Below are positions 41,490-50,570 of a stretch of DNA of 64,000 nt, in pieces. Origin of the DNA: Ignavibacteriota bacterium. Lineage in GTDB: Bacteria; Bacteroidota; Ignavibacteria; UBA10030. The stretch's first letter is position 1. Each line of letters starts with the position of its first letter. The notes beneath the pieces are model-generated. The model did not search any database. It was not told the DNA's origin and was given only the letters and a program-made list of their open reading frames with translations. The position numbers and the translations under genes were made by a program. Where the stretch lies: NCBI GenBank assembly GCA_963701295.1, contig OY969585.1, positions 2,144,001 to 2,208,000 on the forward strand, read 5' to 3'.

Positions 41490-42083
41490 TTGATTTCTAA
41501 CATGCCAGACAGAGACGTCCATATAATCCGTAACCTGATTTATTTCCAGTACGCAAAGATTATTGCCCGCAGTGCATTTAAAGTTGCTGACGGCGAACAG
41601 GCAAAGAAACTGCATTACGGATTTATCAAGAATACTTTCCGCGATCTTAAATCCGGCGGTAAATCGTGGTCGCATATCGAGCGCGAGGATTGGCAGTTGG
41701 TAGAAGCCGAGAAGAAATGCATTTATTGCGGCACACCGGAAAATCTCCAGCGCGAACATATAGTGCCGAAGTCTTTGCGTATAAAGCCGGATTGTGAAAC
41801 GTGCGACCGCATTCAATCCATTCATAATCAGGTGTGGGCGTGCGGAGCGTGCAACTCCGCGAAAGGGACATTAGGGCTCTACGAGTTCTTTCGCAAGATG
41901 CACCCCGAGGAGAAAAAGTATTTCGATTTCATTCAACCGCTTGTAGAAAAGAAATATCTCAAGACGATTATGAAATGCCACGAATGTGCCGGTACATTAG
42001 ATGCCTCCGATCTTAACAAAGATGGAGAACTTTCAGTGTTGGATATTGATGATGCATTGAGGAGAGTTAAGTTACGAATTTGA
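41490..42083 (+). CDS. HNH endonuclease with extra CxxC pairs and an EF-hand-like tail
   Basis: CIYCG..EHIVPK..HNQVWACGACNSAKG; start may be ATG 41502. Confidence 0.85.
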   Translation: MISNMPDRDVHIIRNLIYFQYAKIIARSAFKVADGEQAKKLHYGFIKNTFRDLKSGGKSWSHIEREDWQLVEAEKKCIYCGTPENLQREHIVPKSLRIKPDCETCDRIQSIHNQVWACGACNSAKGTLGLYEFFRKMHPEEKKYFDFIQPLVEKKYLKTIMKCHECAGTLDASDLNKDGELSVLDIDDALRRVKLRI

Positions 42084-42256
42084 GTGCTGCTTTGTGATTG
42101 AAACACCTTTTGGTTAAATTTTGCGAGAATGCTGATGGTATTATACATAACATTTATAGCGTTTAGCAAAAGAGATACAAGTACGAAGTATATTTAAAAA
42201 GCGATACTAAATATGAAATTGTTTAAGATCCCTCATACATAAACGAGGTCAGAACT

Positions 42257-43654
42257 ATGGAAAAAATAACCTCACCTGCACCACGAATAATAATTGATCA
42301 TTTTGCTGAAGAAATTAAGAAAAGAAAGATTCCAACGGGACCAAAACCTTCAATAGCCGTTATTGATTTCCGGAATTGGAAGCGAGATGGAATTGAACGC
42401 CCGATAGAATTAGTGCCTTTGGAGTTATTAAGGTACAGAAAAGACAATGGTCGTATTGCATCTGATGTTATGGATTATGAAAGAAATCATGGTCGGTTGA
42501 AAGAAGAATCCAAAGAAGCACAAGAAATTATCAAAAAGTTTCTTCTCGAAAGGGACGAAAAGAAAACAGATGAATTAACGAAGAGCATACAACATGCAGG
42601 ACAAGATCAGCCTGCCATAATCACTTGCGATGGATTCCTCATAAATGGAAATAGAAGGAAAATGGTTTTGGAGTTTCTTCATAGCAAATATCCGCAAGAT
42701 GACAGATTTGTTACAATGAAAGTCGTGATTCTCCCGGGAAAGGATGATGAAGGCGGATCACCGACGCTTTACGATATTGAAAGGATTGAAAATCGCTATC
42801 AATTACAAAGCGATGGAAAGGCTGAATATTTTAATTTTGATAAGGCTTTGTCTATCAGAAGAAAAATTGAAATTGGAATGACTATCAAGGAACAAATTCT
42901 CGACGATCCAAAGTATATAAATATTTCTGACAAAGAATTAAAAGAAGCGATAAAGGATGTTGAACAGGAATATCTTAAACCGCTGGAATGTATTGATAGA
43001 TATTTAAGTTATCTAAAGAGAGAGGGGTTATATTCGACTATATCAGCAGGAATAAGCGATAGAGAAGGGCGCTGGTATGCCTTTTGTGACTATAGTAAAT
43101 TTTGGGAACAATTAAATGATGAATCTAAGCGAATTAATAAATTCAAAATAAAAGAAAAAGAAATAGGAAAAATAGAAGATGCCGCCTTCAAAATTATTAG
43201 AAAAAGAGAACTGAAGGATCTACCCAAAGTGCATCAAATAATGAGAAATTTTTCTAAATATATATCTCATGAAGATTCGAAAAAGGAATTACTAAGACTA
43301 AATGAAATAGAATTAGAATTACCAAAGAAGGAAAGGTTTGATAAAGAGGGCAAGGAATACGACGAAAGAGAAATTGATAGAAGATGGGGCGCAAAACATG
43401 AAACGGTAATAACAAGACAAGTTAAAATAGCTGATCAATTATATAACCGTAATCGAGATATAGGGGCTCCAATAGCTATCCTAGAAGCAGCGCTAGATAA
43501 ACTTAACCATGATGTTCTTGAAGATCCAGACATAGGAATCGACGACATTAGCAAAGCATTAAAATTGGCAATTCAAATTCGTGAGCGCGCACATGAACTA
43601 GAACAAAATTTTTATTCAATCAAGAAAAAACTAGACAACTTAGGGAAGAAGTAG
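42257..43654 (+). CDS. ParB/Srx-like N-domain protein
   Basis: VPLELLRYRKDNGRI, SIQHAGQDQPAIITCDGFLINGNRR (ParB-type GxxR); helical C-terminus. Confidence 0.7.
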   Translation: MEKITSPAPRIIIDHFAEEIKKRKIPTGPKPSIAVIDFRNWKRDGIERPIELVPLELLRYRKDNGRIASDVMDYERNHGRLKEESKEAQEIIKKFLLERDEKKTDELTKSIQHAGQDQPAIITCDGFLINGNRRKMVLEFLHSKYPQDDRFVTMKVVILPGKDDEGGSPTLYDIERIENRYQLQSDGKAEYFNFDKALSIRRKIEIGMTIKEQILDDPKYINISDKELKEAIKDVEQEYLKPLECIDRYLSYLKREGLYSTISAGISDREGRWYAFCDYSKFWEQLNDESKRINKFKIKEKEIGKIEDAAFKIIRKRELKDLPKVHQIMRNFSKYISHEDSKKELLRLNEIELELPKKERFDKEGKEYDEREIDRRWGAKHETVITRQVKIADQLYNRNRDIGAPIAILEAALDKLNHDVLEDPDIGIDDISKALKLAIQIRERAHELEQNFYSIKKKLDNLGKK

Positions 43655-43674
43655 TACTTCGACAGAGAGAAACG

Positions 43675-45567
43675 ATGCTAATCGATACACTGGAAAACGA
43701 GATATTAATTCATCTAGAAAATACCTCCTTGAAAACTTATCAGCTAAGTCAGCTCCAATTCTGGAAATTTACTAGCGAGGATATTAATAAAATATTAAGA
43801 TCGCGAACAGACAATGTTGAACTACTGCTTATTAAACTGATAGAATATTTTGAAGAGGAAAAGATTGTTTATGAATTATCTCAAATGTGCCAATCAATTG
43901 TTGAGAACAGAAAACAAGTTGTCGACGATATTAGAAATATCAAGGAAACAAGTTCTACTTTCAAAGAAGGTAAGTACGATAATGAAGATTTTGGCCAATT
44001 TGCTGCATTCATCAAGAGAAGCATACATCGGAAGTTACGTGATCACCAAATAAAAGCTGCTTATCATCTTTATATTAGCAGGAATGCTGCTAACTTTTCT
44101 GTCCCAGGAAGTGGAAAGACTTCTGTAGTCATCACGGTATACGAAAAATTACGATTAGAGGGCAAAGTAAATTTACTTTTAGTTATTGGTCCACCATCAT
44201 GTTTTGGACCTTGGAAGACGGAGTTTTATCAAACATTGGAACGTGACTCAAAAGCTCGAATATTATCTGGAAGCCAGCCTACCGACAGAAAAAATGAATA
44301 CTACAAGAGAGTTGAGGATCGAGGTGAACTCTATTTAACGACATTCCAAACTCTTTTGAATGATCAGGAAGACGTTATTACCTTTCTAAATAATAGGGAT
44401 GTTAAGGCTTTCTTGGTAGTAGATGAAGCACACTATATTAAACAGTTAAATGGTAATTGGGCACAATCTGTCTTGAAGACGTCAAAATATGCAACCTATC
44501 GTTGCGTTTTGACTGGTACTCCTACTCCTAAAAGTTTTTCTGATATCTTTAATTTGTTTGATTTCCTATGGAGTAATCCTCAAGTATTGACATCTGAGAG
44601 TAAAATAAAAATTCAACTCCACGAAAAAAGAAATGAATACGAAAAAGCAAAAGTCATACTGAAGAATGAAATTGGACCATTGTTTTATAGGGTTCGAAAG
44701 AGAGATTTAGGATTACTCCCACCTGTTTTCCATACACCTCAAATCGTTATAATGAATAGATATGAACAAATCATTTACAGAGCAATCGAAAATAAAATCA
44801 TAAACTTTGCCAAAGATGATTATTTAAAAAATATTGATCTAGTTACAAAACTCCGTCGTGGAAGGATTATGCGGTTAAGGCAATGTAGTTCCTATGCAAA
44901 GTTGATATCAAGTGCTATAGAGAACTATGATGAAACTATTATAGATGATTCAGAACTAGGCATCAATAATTGTGAATTACGATAATCTAGAGAAACCATC
45001 AAAATTAATAGCTCTAGAAAAACTTGTGAGATCTTTGAATGTCCAATCGCAAAAAGTATTGATCTGGTCGAATTTTGTTGGAAGTCTTGAAATGATTAAG
45101 AAATATTTAATAACTAATGGTATGAACTGTGAAATTATCTATGGAAAAACTCCGATAGAAAGCACTACAATTGACGATGAAAATACACGAGAGGCTATAA
45201 GGGATAGATTTGTAGATCCCAAAAGTGGTTTAGACATACTTATTGCCAATCCAGCTGCTTGTGCGGAGTCTATCTCATTACATAAGACATGTTTCATGCC
45301 ATCTACTATGATTTATCTTACAATTGTGCACAATATTTGCAATCTATGGATAGAATACATCGTATCGGTGGTTCCGAAATAAATATAGCAAATTATCACT
45401 TTCTCCAATATGCAAATACAATTGATGCCGATATAAAACATAATTTAGATCAGAAGGCAGAGAGAATGTATAACCTTATCGAAGAAGATTATGCTATCTA
45501 TTCTCTCAACATGTTTGAAGAAGACGATAGCGAAATTCAAGCATATAAAAGATTATTTGGAAATTAA
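43675..45567 (+). CDS. SNF2-family helicase, split by two compensating frameshifts
   Basis: LRDHQ, SVPGSGKT, DEAH, LTGTP; KVLIWSNF, AESISLH, QSMDRIHRIG across ORFs 43675/44972/45289. Confidence 0.85.
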
Positions 45568-46514
45568 TGCCACAAAATTTTGATAATATTTCTTTCACAC
45601 AGCTATGTAGCCTAATTAATATTCTAGGCAGTACAAATAGTTCAGATATTGATTTCATTAAATCTAAATACTTTGATGTTGCAAGGGATTATGACGCTAC
45701 AGTTGAATTCCTTACTAACCTTTCTTTGGTTACGCAAAGAGATGATCAGATAACAATATCTCCTGAATTGAAATCGCTTTTCAAAGAAAAGAATAAGACA
45801 GATATTGTGAGAAACCTTCTGTTGCAGAAATTGATTAAACGGAATTCTCCATATAGAGAAGAATTACTGCGGTTTTTTAGATTATTTGAATTAAGAGGAA
45901 ATGACTGGGCTTGCACGCCAACAAAAGAGCAAAGACTCAAATACAGTGGAATTAGGAATCTATTGATAGATATGGATTGCATCGAACACGATTCCAAATC
46001 TGGCCAATATTTATTCCTATCTACAACAATATTGTTATTTGAAGAGTTACTTGATTCTTTTGCTATTTCGCGTAAAGAATTCTCTAAACTCCTTGAGAAA
46101 CGCGAAGAGTTGGGTAGAGAAGCGGAGTTGAGGATAATTGAATATGAGAAGCAAAGACTATTAGGTTGTCCAAACCTTATCAGTAAGATTAAACACTTGG
46201 CAGATATTAATGTGGGAGCAGGGTTTGATATTTTGAGTTTTGAAGGTGTGGATTCGGCCCAACCTGAAATGGAAAGATTAATAGAGGTTAAAGCTGTTTC
46301 TAAGTTTTCTTTCAAGTTTTTTTGGTCAGTAAATGAAGTGAATAAAGCAAAAGAAACAGGTAATAACTATTACCTATATTTATTGCCAGTAGAATCAAAA
46401 ATAGGATTTGATATAGACAAACTTCAAATTATACAAAATCCATTTTTAGAAATATTTAATAATTCCACAAAGTGGGCACAATCCTGTGAAAGCTTTTGCT
46501 TTAGACTAATCTAG
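45567..46514 (+). CDS. DUF3883 (PD-(D/E)xK-type nuclease) domain protein
   Basis: GREAE..EYE, GAGFDILSF, RLIEVK, FFWSVNE, YYLY; TAATG coupling to the helicase. Confidence 0.85.
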   Translation: MPQNFDNISFTQLCSLINILGSTNSSDIDFIKSKYFDVARDYDATVEFLTNLSLVTQRDDQITISPELKSLFKEKNKTDIVRNLLLQKLIKRNSPYREELLRFFRLFELRGNDWACTPTKEQRLKYSGIRNLLIDMDCIEHDSKSGQYLFLSTTILLFEELLDSFAISRKEFSKLLEKREELGREAELRIIEYEKQRLLGCPNLISKIKHLADINVGAGFDILSFEGVDSAQPEMERLIEVKAVSKFSFKFFWSVNEVNKAKETGNNYYLYLLPVESKIGFDIDKLQIIQNPFLEIFNNSTKWAQSCESFCFRLI

Positions 46515-46523
46515 AGAGAATTA

Positions 46524-47453
46524 TTGCTAATGACATCTAAAGAAAAAAAAAATAAGGGACACAAACTAAAACCCCCTTTTGGCTATTTCGGTTCAAAGCA
46601 AAGATTAGCGATTCATCTTTGTGCGAACTTACCACCGCACAATGCATGGGTTGAAGCCTTTTGTGGATCAGCTTCTTTGACTCTTGCAAAAATCCCAGCA
46701 CCAATAGAAGTCATTAACGATTTAGACAAAGAAATCATAAACCTTTTTCGTCAATTAAGAGAGAACCATGGAAATTTATGTAGAATGGTTGAACTTACTC
46801 CGTATGCAAGGGAAGAGTTGAACATTGCCCGAACAAAAGGAAAGAAAATTAACGATCTAGAACGAGCACGGCGTTTCCTTGTTTCTGCTATGATGGCGAT
46901 CAACGGAGTTTTTGGAGAAGAACGAGGGGGCTTTTCATACTCTGATTCATACTCCCGACATGGTAATGATGCTCGTGTCAATAGATGGTATAACTTGTCA
47001 AATAGAATTTCTGAGGTTGTTGAAAGATTGCGCGGTGTGAGGATTGAGAATAAGGACGCTCGACAATTGCTTAAGCAGTATATTGATAGACCCGGTACGT
47101 TAGTATACCTAGATCCTCCATATCTTGCGGAGAGAACTAATGGGTATAATAGAGATGCAAATAATATCGAGTTCCACAAAGAACTTCTAGACATTGCAAA
47201 TGAAGCTAAATGTATGATTTTCATAAGCGGCTATGATAATGAACTTTACAAAAAAATGCTTACCAAAGACAATGGATGGTCAACTAAGAGAATTAAAACA
47301 ATCACGAAAGATTCAAGTGGACAAAGTCACAAACGGACGGAAGTTGTTTGGATGAATAAACACTTTAGGAAAGCACAAAAATCAAAACATGTACCAATGA
47401 GACTGTCTGAAAAGGAACGAAAATCAAATAAAATTAATCCATCTAGAGAATGA
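46524..47453 (+). CDS. Dam-like (D12 class) N6-adenine DNA methyltransferase
   Basis: YFGSK, EAFCGS, EVIND, YLDPPY, ISGY, TEVVWMN; likely start ATG 46530. Confidence 0.93.
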   Translation: MLMTSKEKKNKGHKLKPPFGYFGSKQRLAIHLCANLPPHNAWVEAFCGSASLTLAKIPAPIEVINDLDKEIINLFRQLRENHGNLCRMVELTPYAREELNIARTKGKKINDLERARRFLVSAMMAINGVFGEERGGFSYSDSYSRHGNDARVNRWYNLSNRISEVVERLRGVRIENKDARQLLKQYIDRPGTLVYLDPPYLAERTNGYNRDANNIEFHKELLDIANEAKCMIFISGYDNELYKKMLTKDNGWSTKRIKTITKDSSGQSHKRTEVVWMNKHFRKAQKSKHVPMRLSEKERKSNKINPSRE

Positions 47454-47460
47454 ATTGGGA

Positions 47461-47511
47461 TTATACAGCCGTAACTGCGAGAGAGTTTAACTTCCGAAGA
47501 CGGTTGTATAA
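47461..47511. other. Stem-loop right after the methylase
   Basis: TTATACAGCCGT...ACGGTTGTATAA (one G-T pair). Confidence 0.5.
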
Positions 47512-47693
47512 ACAGAGACAAAGTATATTTACTCCCTCATCGATCAATGAATGAAGGTGGGCAGGACGATATCAGTTGGAGATAATCGCTTGAATTACAC
47601 AATCGCCCTCAAGATTTTTATACAAAAAATCATTAGAATCCATTAGCCGGTATCAACATCAATAAATCATTTCTTGCATGAAAGGAGTATCCT

Positions 47694-48272
47694 ATGCGTA
47701 AAATTATTTCTGTTCTTATGTTTGCCGTACTCGCGGCGCTGATCGTCACATTTGCTTCAGCACAGGAGAAAAAACCAGCCGAACCTTCCAAGCCAGCACA
47801 AAGTCCCTCTCAGGAATTGTTGTGGATGTGGAACAATGTCGGAGACAAACTGATCGCTATGGCGGAGGATTTTCCCGAAGATAAATACGGCTTCAAAGCC
47901 CAGAAGGATGAGCGGACGTTTGGAGAAAATCTCATACACATTGCATCGGATTACTATGGCATGATCAGTGTCATCAAAGGATCGGCGATGGGGCCCAAAG
48001 GGAGCGAAGATTCCTTGCGGAAAAAGTATCCGACGAAAACAGACATCGTGAAATTAATAAAGCAGGCGGTCGCAGACGGCGCGCAGCTCATTAAGGAACA
48101 GGGAGACAGCGGATTGACGCGCGAGTATAAATCTCCATGGGTAAATTTAATGTTTCACGGCTCGTTAGGCTGGATGACATCCATTGAACACGCAGGCGAA
48201 CATTACGGACAATTGGTGGTGTATTACCGCATCAACGGATTGATACCGCCCCATTCCCGTCCGAAAAAATAA
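47694..48272 (+). CDS. Secreted DinB-family protein
   Basis: Signal peptide, AEDFPEDKY, RTFGENLIH, EHAGEHYGQLVVYYR. Confidence 0.88.
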   Translation: MRKIISVLMFAVLAALIVTFASAQEKKPAEPSKPAQSPSQELLWMWNNVGDKLIAMAEDFPEDKYGFKAQKDERTFGENLIHIASDYYGMISVIKGSAMGPKGSEDSLRKKYPTKTDIVKLIKQAVADGAQLIKEQGDSGLTREYKSPWVNLMFHGSLGWMTSIEHAGEHYGQLVVYYRINGLIPPHSRPKK

Positions 48273-48288
48273 CATAGAGAAAATTTTC

Positions 48289-48349
48289 GTAGGGACGTGA
48301 TTCATCACGTCCGATTGAGGTTTGAGGGCGATTCATGAATCGCCCGTAC
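48289..48349. repeat. Inverted REP doublet (REPIN-like)
   Basis: GTAGGGACGTGATTCATCACGTCC + GGGCGATTCATGAATCGCCCGTAC. Confidence 0.8.
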
Positions 48350-48431
48350 AATATTGCGATGAAGTAGATTTGTGTAAACGGAGGAAAAGTATGTCTAACA
48401 TATATAAAAACTCAAGAAGGAGGATATTGTC

Positions 48432-48737
48432 ATGAAATGGTATCATTACGTTGCTTGCTTTTTTGCAGGGATGTTTATTGCAAATATCGTCCCTCATTTT
48501 ATCCACGGCATTTCCGGCGAAGCTTTCCCCACACCATTTGCCAATCCGCCCGGTAAAGGTTTATCATCCCCGACAGTGAATGTGTTATGGGGTTTGTTTA
48601 ACTTGATCGTAGGGTATATATTATTCAGGGCGGGAAAGATATCGAATTCCGATAAATGGACTGTGTTTTTATTTTTTGTGGGCATTCTCGTCATAAGCGT
48701 GATGTTAAGTTACGGGTTTGCAGACATCCATCATTAG
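48432..48737 (+). CDS. Small three-helix membrane protein, hypothetical
   Basis: AGGAGG RBS; PHF..G..FPTPFANPPGKGLS..NVLWG. Confidence 0.85.
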   Translation: MKWYHYVACFFAGMFIANIVPHFIHGISGEAFPTPFANPPGKGLSSPTVNVLWGLFNLIVGYILFRAGKISNSDKWTVFLFFVGILVISVMLSYGFADIHH

Positions 48738-48785
48738 TATAAAAATTTGTGCAAACAGAGATAAGGTTTATCTCATCTGAATAAG

Positions 48786-49163
48786 ATGGAGAATCCAATA
48801 GAAAAGATCGATATCAACAAGAAATTTGCATTATTCTCCGAGTATTGGCGCCCAAAAGTTATTGCGGAACTCAATGGTCAGGAGGTTAAACTCGTAAAGT
48901 TCAAAGGTGAATTCGTTTGGCATCGTCACGAGATCGAAGATGAACTCTTCCTTGTCTGGCACGGCAGATTTCGAGTCGAGTTTCGTGATCATACCGTGGA
49001 ATTAAAACAAGGTGAATTGCTCGTCGTGCCTCACGGTATCGAACATCGTACGGTTGCGGACGAAGAAGTCGAAGTATTAATTTTCGAACCTCAGGCAACC
49101 CGCAATACCGGCGATGTTTCAGATGAATATTTCACCGCTCCAATCGGAACAAAAATTTTATAA
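48786..49163 (+). CDS. Cupin-domain protein
   Basis: GEFVWHRHEIEDELF, VVPHGIEH. Confidence 0.92.
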   Translation: MENPIEKIDINKKFALFSEYWRPKVIAELNGQEVKLVKFKGEFVWHRHEIEDELFLVWHGRFRVEFRDHTVELKQGELLVVPHGIEHRTVADEEVEVLIFEPQATRNTGDVSDEYFTAPIGTKIL

Positions 49164-49353
49164 AAATAGGGCACATCTTGATCCTCCCCTAAATACAGAG
49201 GAGGTTAGGGGAAAAAACTTCCCCATCAAAGGGAGTCAGAGGTCTATCATAACATATGTGAATGTTCGTTGCTTTTATTAAAGTGGTAGCCGTAATGGCT
49301 ATCTTTTCAAATATTCCAGCTGTCTTTATTTTTTTTAATAAAGGAGTTTCTTC

Positions 49354-50472
49354 ATGCCAACAAAATGGCCGGTTATACTTCAAAAAATTTGTTTCAGCGC
49401 TCTTCTATTCCTCTTGAGCGCTTGTTTACCTTTTCTTACCAAGCAAGAACCAATAAGCTCCGGTATTATAGATGCCGACAATCCATATATACAATATACA
49501 GGGCGCTTCGATTTTTCAAATCCAAAATGTGTTGTATTCGATTGGGCCGGAGTCTATATCAAAGCGCGTTTTAACGGAACTCACTGTTCCATTCGATTGA
49601 ATGATCAAAATAATGAGTATGCAGTCATCGTCGATAATTTCGCGCCGCAGTTACTTCATACAGATACGGCGAAAGAATATAAGGCAGCAAATGGGTTATC
49701 TGACTCGATTCCGCACAATATCATAATTCAAAAACGAACAGAGCCTCTTGTTGGCAAAGGTGCGTTTATAGGATTCATTCTTGATAAAGGGAAAAATCTT
49801 CTTCCGCCTGATATGCGGCCATCCCGACGCATCGAGTTCATCGGTAATTCAATTACTTCCGGATATGGAGTTGAGGCAGATAGCTCAAATTGTTCATTCA
49901 GCCCTGAGACAGAGAATGCATGTATGTCGTATGCTTCAATTACTGCGAGAGCGTTAAACGCCGAATATCACATTATTTCATATTCCGGACGCGGAGTCGT
50001 GAGAAATTTTGGCGATAGCAACAAGACATCGATAAATCCAATGCTATCGTTGTATGATCGTACATGCTTCTTTGATTCAACAAAAAAATGGAATTTTAAA
50101 GCTTGGATTCCTCAAGCGGTCGTTGTCAATCTTGGAACAAATGATTTTTCAACTTTTCCTCATCCAGACAAATCAACATTCCAGGGCGCTTACATTCAAT
50201 TTCTTGAACGGATCCGCTGCCTCTATCCGGGAGTTACAATCTTCTGTATATGCGGGCCAATGATTGGAGAACCATGCGCAACATATATAAAGGAGATTGT
50301 TGAACAGCAAAAGAAAATAAAAGGAAGATATAATGATGTTTATTTTATAGAAATTAAGAGAAGTATTCTTACGGTTACAGATTGGGGATGCGATTTACAC
50401 CCAAATATTTATGGAATGAGTAAAATATCGGATATTCTTACTCCGGTCATAAAATTGAGAATGAATTGGTAG
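49354..50472 (+). CDS. SGNH esterase, CE2-like lipoprotein
   Basis: Lipobox LSAC, IEFIGNSITSGYG, NLGTND, DLHP. Confidence 0.85.
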   Translation: MPTKWPVILQKICFSALLFLLSACLPFLTKQEPISSGIIDADNPYIQYTGRFDFSNPKCVVFDWAGVYIKARFNGTHCSIRLNDQNNEYAVIVDNFAPQLLHTDTAKEYKAANGLSDSIPHNIIIQKRTEPLVGKGAFIGFILDKGKNLLPPDMRPSRRIEFIGNSITSGYGVEADSSNCSFSPETENACMSYASITARALNAEYHIISYSGRGVVRNFGDSNKTSINPMLSLYDRTCFFDSTKKWNFKAWIPQAVVVNLGTNDFSTFPHPDKSTFQGAYIQFLERIRCLYPGVTIFCICGPMIGEPCATYIKEIVEQQKKIKGRYNDVYFIEIKRSILTVTDWGCDLHPNIYGMSKISDILTPVIKLRMNW

Positions 50473-50570
50473 CTCACTTATCCATGGAATAAGCGCGTGG
50501 CGAAGGTAAAGAGTTGGGTGTACATTTATTATAAATAAAGATTAGTCTAATTTTTAAGGAGATAGAAGCT

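Noticed and set aside
42257-47453. Assignment to DISARM, Zorya, BREX or type I/III restriction-modification
   Set aside because: Required partners (DrmABC, ZorAB, PglZ/BrxC, HsdS/Mod-Res) are absent
47461-47511. Possible integron attC (ends resemble ATACAGC...GTTGTAT)
   Set aside because: About 47 bp between cores is shorter than typical attC, the left core lacks AAC, there is a single copy and no integron integrase; kept only as a stem-loop
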